This document shows positions 57,487-64,000 of a DNA stretch of 64,000 nucleotides, piece by piece. Origin of the DNA: a phage; the NCBI GenBank assembly GCA_017822615.1, contig GCA_017822615.1_4530.1; one strand, written 5' to 3'. Positions within the stretch are counted from its first letter, which is position 1, and the number at the start of each line of letters is the position of its first letter. The notes beneath the pieces were generated by a model that worked only from the letters and a program-made list of their open reading frames with translations, did not search any database and was not told the origin of the DNA. The translations under genes were made by a program, and so were the position numbers.

Positions 57487-57813
57487 ATGCAGATTTATAC
57501 AGATGATCGTAAATATGAGACAATTTTAGATGAAGATACTGGACGAATTACCGTTCTCCGTCACGGTGAAGAGTGGCGTGATGAAACGGGAGACAATTAT
57601 ATCTTGTCTCTGATTCATCTTATTGAACAAATGCGTGATGATTACGCTGAACTGCATTATGAAAATGAGGCTAATAAAGTAAAATTTGAAAATGAATTAG
57701 AAGAGAAAGAATCCGAAATGGTATATCTAAAAGAAGAGATCTCCCGTTTGGAGGAAGAGATTGATGCTCTTCAAGAAGAGATTTACGAACTCAACAACGA
57801 ACTGAACGCTTAA
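57487..57813 (+). CDS. hypothetical coiled-coil protein
   Basis: 108 aa; C-terminal heptad-rich segment. Confidence 0.5.
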   Translation: MQIYTDDRKYETILDEDTGRITVLRHGEEWRDETGDNYILSLIHLIEQMRDDYAELHYENEANKVKFENELEEKESEMVYLKEEISRLEEEIDALQEEIYELNNELNA

Positions 57814-57822
57814 GGAGGGATT

Positions 57823-58011
57823 ATGAAAAAAGATATCGTTGTTGGTTGGCTGACTTGCCCTTGTGGTAGTAATGACATAACTGTAAACACAGAGGGTGAT
57901 AAAAATTATTTATTCTACGGGGATAAAATCACTTGCAATACCTGCGGACGTGTTGGTATTATAGAAACCGATGATTGTTGTGCTTTTGAATCTTGGGATG
58001 AAGAAGAATGA
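57823..58011 (+). CDS. small zinc-ribbon protein
   Basis: 62 aa; CPCG...CNTCG plus a DDCC tail. Confidence 0.5.
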   Translation: MKKDIVVGWLTCPCGSNDITVNTEGDKNYLFYGDKITCNTCGRVGIIETDDCCAFESWDEEE

Positions 58012-58229
58012 GTACTGCATTTTATGTTCGTAGCGGAGACGAGGATTTTCTAGCTACTTTTGATGACGGTGATCTTGAAGATATGTATGAAGATATGCTT
58101 GACTATGCCAAAGGGCAAGGTTTCACAAGCATTGATTATATGTTGGCAACATCTACAACGTTACTCGACGCAGATTTGGATGAAGTGTGTAACAGATTGA
58201 AAATTTCAGTTTTTAAATGGGAGGACTAA
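58008..58229 (+). CDS. small acidic protein
   Basis: 73 aa, Asp/Glu-rich. Confidence 0.45.
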   Translation: MSTAFYVRSGDEDFLATFDDGDLEDMYEDMLDYAKGQGFTSIDYMLATSTTLLDADLDEVCNRLKISVFKWED

Positions 58230-59344
58230 TGCAACAAACAAATCAAACGCTGTATGGTAAAGATTCAAAAGGAAAACTTAAACAGTGGACAGTATATACA
58301 GATGGTGCAGTTGTTACTGTAGCTCATGGAAGAGTAGGTGGAAAGATCACAGAAAAATCTTATACAGCAGAAGCAAAAAACATTGGTCGTTCCAATGAAA
58401 CAACACCGGAAGAACAAGCTGAACTTGAAGCTTTTGCCAAATGGACAAAACAGTTAAAGAATGGCTATTATAAAACAAAAGAAGAAGCTGAAAACCATGT
58501 TCCTTCCACACCAATGAAATGCCAGGATTATAAAGATTATCCTGAAAGGGTTGTGTTCCCTGGTTATGCACAATACAAACTGAACGGGTTACGTTCTATG
58601 ATTAACATGAAAGGGGAGTGTTTATCAAAAGCTGGGGAAGTGTATAACCTGCCACCTCATTGGAAAGGTATTCCAAACTTTATTAGTGAAGTTGTTGGTC
58701 ATCCTCTTGATGGTGAAGTGTTTGCTGGGTTAGGTGTCCTTAGTCTGCAACAAATTAACAGTGCTTGGAAGAAGCATAATGCAAATACACCTTTGCTGAA
58801 TTATTACGTATACGATATTCCAGTTCCAGGTCTACCGTTTGAAAAACGTGTTGATGCTCTTGCTGCTCTTAAGGCAGTAGTTGAAGATTATGGTCTTGAC
58901 GAGCTTATTTGTGTAGTTCATACAGAGTATATTGAAAACCAAGAGCGGTTTGACGCTTTCTATGAAAAAGCTTTACTTGAGAAAGCTGAAGGTGTAGTAT
59001 ATCGTAATGCTCACGGAGTTTACGAATTTGATAAACGTTCTTATGACGTTATTAAACGTAAGCCTCGCCACACCCTTGAAGTTAAAGTAACAAATTCAAA
59101 AAGCGATAAAAATGGCGATGGAGTGTTGACAGGTGAGATGGAAAATGGTAAAGTAGTCGAATTCTTAATGCGTAAAGATGCTCATGAGACTATCAATTAT
59201 CGTAAAGCAGAGAATGCTTCTACCTTGATTAATCAGTTCGTTGAAATAGAGTATGAAGAATTTTCAGATGAAGGTATTCCAACAAAACCTGTTGGTGTTC
59301 GTATTCGAGAAATGATCCCAGGCACTTGGGAACCAGCAGAGTAA
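58229..59344 (+). CDS. ATP-dependent DNA ligase
   Basis: Start refined to ATG 58229 after GGAGG; motif I KLNGLR, motif IV EGVVYR, motif V VIKRK. Confidence 0.75.
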   Translation: MQQTNQTLYGKDSKGKLKQWTVYTDGAVVTVAHGRVGGKITEKSYTAEAKNIGRSNETTPEEQAELEAFAKWTKQLKNGYYKTKEEAENHVPSTPMKCQDYKDYPERVVFPGYAQYKLNGLRSMINMKGECLSKAGEVYNLPPHWKGIPNFISEVVGHPLDGEVFAGLGVLSLQQINSAWKKHNANTPLLNYYVYDIPVPGLPFEKRVDALAALKAVVEDYGLDELICVVHTEYIENQERFDAFYEKALLEKAEGVVYRNAHGVYEFDKRSYDVIKRKPRHTLEVKVTNSKSDKNGDGVLTGEMENGKVVEFLMRKDAHETINYRKAENASTLINQFVEIEYEEFSDEGIPTKPVGVRIREMIPGTWEPAE

Positions 59345-59353
59345 GGAGGAAAA

Positions 59354-59548
59354 ATGTTCTTAGCCATTTTAATCGTTTTCAGTGTACTTTCTTTTTATTG
59401 TATGAATGCTTCGGAAAACTTTCCTAAGAATTCAAAGAAAAGAACCGTATGTGTTGTGATTGATTCATGTATGTCTGGAGTTGGGTATGCGGTAGTTTCT
59501 TGTTTCTTAGCTTATCATTGTTCAAAATACCTGGAGGCATTTTTATGA
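59354..59548 (+). CDS. small membrane protein
   Basis: 64 aa; hydrophobic N-terminus FLAILIVFSVLSF. Confidence 0.45.
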   Translation: MFLAILIVFSVLSFYCMNASENFPKNSKKRTVCVVIDSCMSGVGYAVVSCFLAYHCSKYLEAFL

Positions 59549-59727
59549 TAATTTTAGCAACAATTCTTATGATGCTGATAGCAATTGCTATTGTAATTCT
59601 GGCATCTTTTCCAGCGGATAAATGGTATTTCAATATTCCACGTATGCTTGTTTTCGGTTTCGCAGGAATTTACATGGGTGAGACTGTAGTAAATATTAGC
59701 AACTTTCTAGAAAGCTATTTTAAATAA
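59546..59727 (+). CDS. small membrane protein (start refined)
   Basis: ATG at 59546 after GGAGG; hydrophobic segments IILATILMMLIAIAIVILA and MLVFGFAGIYM. Confidence 0.45.
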
Positions 59728-59736
59728 GGAGTTATA

Positions 59737-60462
59737 ATGATCGAGAATTTTTTTAAAGATATTAAGTTCGATACTGAATTTTTCAAAAATGCAGCGAAGC
59801 ACGTGATTGATTGGAATGCTAAAGCACGAGGTGGTGAACAACCTGAATTCACTCAAGAGCTATTTATGTCCCAAATCGGATTCGTTCGTGAAGAGCTTAA
59901 AGAGTATGAAACAGCCGCGAAAGTAAACGATCATGTAGAACTCTTGGATGCAGCAGCGGATATTTTTGTAGTATCCAGTTATCTGACCTACATGTTCTTT
60001 GGTGAAGAACATACGATGAATTTCTTGGACTATGCTGTAGGCGATGTTTTTACTCCAACTGTGTATACTGATTTTGATGCTTTGGAACAAACATTTACAG
60101 AGCCAGTTCAAATGGCACTAATGGCTGCTGGTATTATGCGTATGTCTCGTGACACTCTAATCCGTTCAAAATATCCAGAAAAGAAAGTTATTAAAGAGGT
60201 ATTGAAAAGTAATGATTCCAAGTATCCAACTAAACAACAGTTGCTGAAAACTTGGAAAACTTCGGATATCGATTCAGCCATTGCACAAGAATGCGCTGCA
60301 ATTGAAGAACGAAATGCCAATCGTCCAGAAGGGGCATACACTGGTGTTCATGCTGTTTATAATGAAAAACAGAAAGTGTATGTGTTCTTTGATGATAAAG
60401 GTAAGATCATGAAACCATCGACCTTTGTCAAACCTAATATTGCAGGTATTATTAATAAGTAA
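59737..60462 (+). CDS. MazG-like nucleotide pyrophosphohydrolase domain protein
   Basis: EELKEYE ... ELLDAAADIF matches the MazG E-E-x2-E / E-x2-D metal-binding helices; 241 aa. Confidence 0.45.
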   Translation: MIENFFKDIKFDTEFFKNAAKHVIDWNAKARGGEQPEFTQELFMSQIGFVREELKEYETAAKVNDHVELLDAAADIFVVSSYLTYMFFGEEHTMNFLDYAVGDVFTPTVYTDFDALEQTFTEPVQMALMAAGIMRMSRDTLIRSKYPEKKVIKEVLKSNDSKYPTKQQLLKTWKTSDIDSAIAQECAAIEERNANRPEGAYTGVHAVYNEKQKVYVFFDDKGKIMKPSTFVKPNIAGIINK

Positions 60463-60518
60463 TGTTGTAAGCCGCCCTTTATGGGCGGTAATGTGAGATG
60501 TATTAAATAGGAGGAAAC

Positions 60519-61397
60519 ATGTTTGTAAAATCTTTTAAATCCGCTCTGCCTATGGTTGTTGGTGACAATGCTTCTGTAGCATCCCTTAACAGCATTACAG
60601 ATATTCCTCTGGAATTTGTAACAGCAGAAGGCTCCCAGTCACACACTATCGGTCTTGTTCGTTTCGAAGATGACTCTAAATTTGTAAAAGAGTTTTCAGA
60701 TCTTGAACTGCTTAATGTAGGTCAATCTGTGAAGAAGGTAGATAAAAAGAAAGTTAAACGTATTCTGAATGAACGTCTAGAAGAAATGCGTCAGGACATG
60801 GAGAGCGAAGGTAAAGAGTTTTATGTCGATAAAGAAGTAGTCAAAGCAATGAAAGAAGATATTGAATTTGCACTATTGCCTGAAACAGAACCTGAAGATT
60901 TCTTTAACTATGTTGTCTTGGATAAAACTACGAATCTTCTTTATGTTCTTAATGGAAGTAAAAAGGTTGCAGAAGAGATTACTTCTTTCCTCCGTTCCGT
61001 CCTGGGGACTTTCCCTTCGGTAGGTTTTAGTGTGCACGAAGAAGCTATTGTAAAAGGTTTTGGTGAATTGCTGGAGAATCACGAAGCAGATCGTATTACT
61101 CTCGGAAATTATATCAAAATGGAGGATAGCGAGGGCGTTGTTGTTTGGAGTAAAGAATCTCTATACGAGTCTAAAGCTGTCGAACTAAAAGAAGATGGTA
61201 AAGATGTTGTTGCAATCGGTCTTGAATATGACGGTGTTGTAGATTTTGTAGTGGATAAAGAGTTTAAACTTTCTAAACTACGTTTTCCGAAATATTTTGC
61301 AGACGAAGAAGGTAGTATTGAAGCTTCAGTCCTTCTGTGCTTCAATGAGATTCGAGGTCTGATGGAAGATTTAACCAAAGCAACAATCCTTAAATAA
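60519..61397 (+). CDS. hypothetical protein (possibly recombination-associated)
   Basis: 292 aa; RBS AGGAGG; no decisive motif. Confidence 0.5.
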   Translation: MFVKSFKSALPMVVGDNASVASLNSITDIPLEFVTAEGSQSHTIGLVRFEDDSKFVKEFSDLELLNVGQSVKKVDKKKVKRILNERLEEMRQDMESEGKEFYVDKEVVKAMKEDIEFALLPETEPEDFFNYVVLDKTTNLLYVLNGSKKVAEEITSFLRSVLGTFPSVGFSVHEEAIVKGFGELLENHEADRITLGNYIKMEDSEGVVVWSKESLYESKAVELKEDGKDVVAIGLEYDGVVDFVVDKEFKLSKLRFPKYFADEEGSIEASVLLCFNEIRGLMEDLTKATILK

Positions 61398-61401
61398 GTT
61401 C

Positions 61402-61430
61402 TTGACTTGCGGGATTAGTTATGATATTAT
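61402..61430 (+). promoter_or_regulatory. promoter TTGACT-N17-TATTAT
   Basis: Lies between the 61397 stop and the terminator hairpin; predicted start site falls inside the 5' arm of that hairpin. Confidence 0.5.
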
Positions 61431-61459
61431 GCCTACCTACTTAATGAGGTAGGCTTTTT
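61431..61459 (+). terminator. rho-independent terminator overlapping the promoter output
   Basis: gcctacct-acttaatg-aggtaggc 8-bp stem followed by TTTTT. Confidence 0.55.
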
Positions 61460-61469
61460 AGGAGGCGTT

Positions 61470-61679
61470 ATGAAAAAGATTCTGACAGTCGTTCTTTTAG
61501 CTTTTAGTTTCACAGTAGCAGCAGGTCAAATTACTTTAATCTTGTCTGATTCTGAAGTTAATGGCAACACAAAATATTGCTACTATTCTAACGCTAACCA
61601 AGATGAAGTTATAGCAATCCCGAAAAGTCGTCAATGTCCGTATACTAAAACATTCTCAACAGAGGATGACGATGAATAA
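61470..61679 (+). CDS. small secreted protein with signal peptide
   Basis: 69 aa; MKKILTVVLLAFSFTVAAG signal-like N-terminus, two Cys, acidic C-terminus; RBS AGGAGG. Confidence 0.55.
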   Translation: MKKILTVVLLAFSFTVAAGQITLILSDSEVNGNTKYCYYSNANQDEVIAIPKSRQCPYTKTFSTEDDDE

Positions 61680-61691
61680 TTAGGGGGAAAT

Positions 61692-62810
61692 ATTAGCGGT
61701 TATATTTTAATTAAACCTGAAGATCTTCATTTATATGTCAACGAAGAAACAATAGCTGCAATTGATTATGATCAGATCGCTTTCCAAGCAGCGTCTGCAT
61801 TAGAGAAAAGAACAATCATTGCGAAGCACATCCCTTCAGGTGCTCAAAAGGAATTTAAAAATAAGACAGAGTTTTGGGGTAAAAGCAAGACTAAAATTGG
61901 AGGTTGGCTAGGAGATACAAATGCAGAAAGAGCCTCCAAAAACAAACGTCCCTTCACAAAGGAAGAGTTCGAAATCATTGATAAGCAATATCCGCCAGAA
62001 GATATCGGACACACCTTCCAAGCAGCTAAAACAAAAGTCTTAGGTATTCTAAAACATCTACGTTTAGAAAAATATTGCGGAGTTATTGGCGTAGGAAAAA
62101 CTTTCAGACACGCCTTCAAAATGCCTGTAGAATATAAATCTGAACGATTAGATATCAAACCACTCCAGCTTTCAGAAACCAAAGATTATCTTGTGGAGTT
62201 CCACAATGGTGATGTTGTTACTGTAATAGAAGCTGATGATGAGTTAGAGAAGTATGGTTTCCAAGGTTATAAAGATTATAAAAGGACGGGTAAATTTTCT
62301 TATATCGTTGTATCTATAGATAAAGATAGTTTACATACTCCTAGTATCCTTTTTAATTTCTACAAAGAGGATGGAGTATTTAAAAATCCAGATATAATTC
62401 TTATTGACGAGTCTATTGGCGACATATGGATCGTAGATAAAGGTAAAAAGAAAGAAGTTAAAGGTTGGGGCAGTTACTGGTTAGCATATCAGATGCTAAT
62501 GGGAGATAAAACAGATAGTATCCGACCTTATCAAGATTTTGATATTAAGTTCGGAGATATTACTTGTTTTAATCTTCTTTCAGCTTGTAAAACTCAAGCA
62601 GAACTTTTCCAAACAGTTAAAGATACTTACTACTCATGGTTCCCAGATGGTGTTAATTTTACTTCTTGGGATGGAGAAGAAGTCCATATGACAACAGATG
62701 AATGGATAGAAACAATTTTCCAGTTGGTATACATGAAACGCTGGGATAATGACGATACAACATTTGAGAGTATGCTTCAGTCATACATCTCGCAACAGGA
62801 GGCAGAGTGA
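61692..62810 (+). CDS. 5'-3' exonuclease / flap endonuclease (T7 gp6-like), non-canonical start
   Basis: Frame open from 61680; AIDYDQIAFQAASA resembles T7 gp6 MDGDWLVFQAMSA, VVSIDKD resembles IISCDKD, GDKTDSI helix; no ATG/GTG/TTG before 62121, so ATT at 61692 after AGGGGGA is proposed. Confidence 0.5.
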   Translation: MSGYILIKPEDLHLYVNEETIAAIDYDQIAFQAASALEKRTIIAKHIPSGAQKEFKNKTEFWGKSKTKIGGWLGDTNAERASKNKRPFTKEEFEIIDKQYPPEDIGHTFQAAKTKVLGILKHLRLEKYCGVIGVGKTFRHAFKMPVEYKSERLDIKPLQLSETKDYLVEFHNGDVVTVIEADDELEKYGFQGYKDYKRTGKFSYIVVSIDKDSLHTPSILFNFYKEDGVFKNPDIILIDESIGDIWIVDKGKKKEVKGWGSYWLAYQMLMGDKTDSIRPYQDFDIKFGDITCFNLLSACKTQAELFQTVKDTYYSWFPDGVNFTSWDGEEVHMTTDEWIETIFQLVYMKRWDNDDTTFESMLQSYISQQEAE

Positions 62811-63766
62811 GCAGATTAACAGAAGAGCAGAAAGCAGATATCCTTAGTATGAGTGCAGAGGGTATGTCTTCTCGCAATATTGCAGCAATTGTTTTAGGTA
62901 GTCCAACAAGAAAAAGCACAGTGAACGATTTCCTTGCACGATTCGGAGCAAGTAAACAAGAGCCAGTTAAAAAGAAACAACCAGTTATTAAAATTATTGA
63001 TGTTGAAACTGCACCAGAGATTGCATATACTTTCCGTCGATTCAAAGCCTTCATTTCTCCAGATCAAGTAATTCGTAGGGGTTATTTGTTATCTTACTCT
63101 TCTGCCGACCTGTATACTGGTGAAGTGGAAGGTAAGAACTTGTCTTCTTATCCTCTTTTTGATATTGATCATACAGATGATTGGGAGCTTTGCCAAGATC
63201 TTTGGAACCTTCTGAATGAGGCAGATGTAGTTGTGGCACACAACGGATATAAGTTTGACCGTGCATACATTAACCAACGATTTGCATATCACGATATGGC
63301 TCCTCCTTCTAATTATGTAGTTGTTGATACATTGAAGGCAGCTAAGAAACAATTTGCACTTCCTTCCAACTCCCTTAAAGAAATGGGAGCATATTTCGAA
63401 ACAGAAAGTGAAAAACTGGATAACGAGGGGTTCCCTTTATGGAAAGCATGTTGTGAAGGTGATCGTGATGCTTTTGAACGTATGCAGATTTACAATGATG
63501 GTGATGTTGTTTCGCTCCGTGATTTGTATATGAAAATCCTTCCGTGGATTCCACAGCATCCTAACTTATCCGCTTATTACACAGATGAGAAGGTCCGTTG
63601 TTCTCGTTGTGGCAGTGATCACGTTCACGTTGTTACTGGTAAACAATACCACACTGCGGTAAGTTCTTTCGATATCATTCGTTGTGAATCTTGTGGAGGT
63701 TTGTCACGTAGTAGAGCAAACACCAGATCCAAAGATAAACGAGCAGCAACTATTATTGGAATCTAA
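62807..63766 (+). CDS. DnaQ-like 3'-5' exonuclease with N-terminal HTH and C-terminal zinc ribbon
   Basis: GTG start; HTH-like NIAAIVLGSPTRKSTVNDFL; Exo I IDVETA, Exo II VAHNGYKFD, Exo III YNDGD; CSRCG...CESCGG. Confidence 0.6.
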   Translation: MSRLTEEQKADILSMSAEGMSSRNIAAIVLGSPTRKSTVNDFLARFGASKQEPVKKKQPVIKIIDVETAPEIAYTFRRFKAFISPDQVIRRGYLLSYSSADLYTGEVEGKNLSSYPLFDIDHTDDWELCQDLWNLLNEADVVVAHNGYKFDRAYINQRFAYHDMAPPSNYVVVDTLKAAKKQFALPSNSLKEMGAYFETESEKLDNEGFPLWKACCEGDRDAFERMQIYNDGDVVSLRDLYMKILPWIPQHPNLSAYYTDEKVRCSRCGSDHVHVVTGKQYHTAVSSFDIIRCESCGGLSRSRANTRSKDKRAATIIGI

Positions 63767-63770
63767 TAAT

Positions 63771-63796
63771 CAGGGAGCTTATTGCTCCCTTTTTTA
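63771..63796 (+). terminator. rho-independent terminator
   Basis: gggagc-ttatt-gctccc hairpin followed by T6. Confidence 0.6.
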
Positions 63797-63825
63797 TTGA
63801 CAAAAATTTGATATTAGTGTATACT
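63797..63825 (+). promoter_or_regulatory. sigma70-like promoter TTGACA-N17-TATACT
   Basis: Same hexamers and spacing as the 3247 promoter. Confidence 0.55.
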
Positions 63826-63852
63826 CTGCTAACCACAATAAAAGGAGGAAAT

Positions 63853-64000
63853 ATGAGCATTACATTAACAGGTAACGAAATTTTCGAACTGTTTGAAATG
63901 TTAGGTTTAAACTACACCATCGAGAAAGACCCAGATTTACTTGACGTTAAAATAACAATTCAAGAAGATACAGCAATCTACAATGATGATGGTGATGTTA
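63853..64000 (+). CDS. hypothetical protein, 5' part (cut by window end)
   Basis: RBS AAAGGAGG before ATG at 63853; frame open to the window end. Confidence 0.5.
   Translation, partial: MSITLTGNEIFELFEMLGLNYTIEKDPDLLDVKITIQEDTAIYNDDGDV

Noticed and set aside
61844-62182. 112-aa minus-strand track ORF within the exonuclease upstream region
   Set aside because: Antisense to a long plus-strand open frame that encodes conserved exonuclease N-terminal motifs.
1-64000. Temperate lifestyle, CRISPR arrays or transposable elements
   Set aside because: No integrase, repressor, attachment-site-like repeat, CRISPR repeat-spacer array or transposase ORF was found; the gene content is that of a virulent phage.

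Overview
This window reads as a 64-kb slice of a virulent, contractile-tailed dsDNA phage genome (enterobacterial host suspected from an E. coli-type SSB tail; roughly 40% GC by eye). All calls are from manual motif reading of the ORF track and sequence; no database search was run. Layout: (1) 1-9.7 kb, plus strand, early/replication genes: T7 gp4-like primase-helicase, orphan gamma-class N6-adenine methyltransferase, family A DNA polymerase, a CCA-enzyme-like nucleotidyltransferase, SSB. (2) 9.8-48.8 kb, minus strand, late module: several very large tail fiber/tailspike genes, a P2/Mu-like baseplate, tape measure with a frameshifted chaperone pair, tail tube and sheath, neck proteins, lambda E-like capsid with D-like decoration protein, scaffold, portal, large terminase interrupted by a mini-intein, and an overlapped spanin pair. 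(3) 48.95-50.97 kb, minus strand: a cluster of 14 tRNA genes driven by promoters sharing the 10-mer ctaTTGACAA. (4) 52.4-64 kb, plus strand, second early block: a three-gene RNA-repair cassette (metallophosphoesterase, RNA ligase, Pnk-like kinase), ATP-dependent DNA ligase, MazG-like protein, a T7 gp6-like 5'-3' exonuclease with no canonical start codon, and a DnaQ-like exonuclease. No CRISPR array, integrase or transposase was seen. The most notable items are the terminase intein, the RNA-repair cassette beside the tRNA cluster, a long-variable-arm tRNA carrying an Asn anticodon, and the start-less exonuclease gene.
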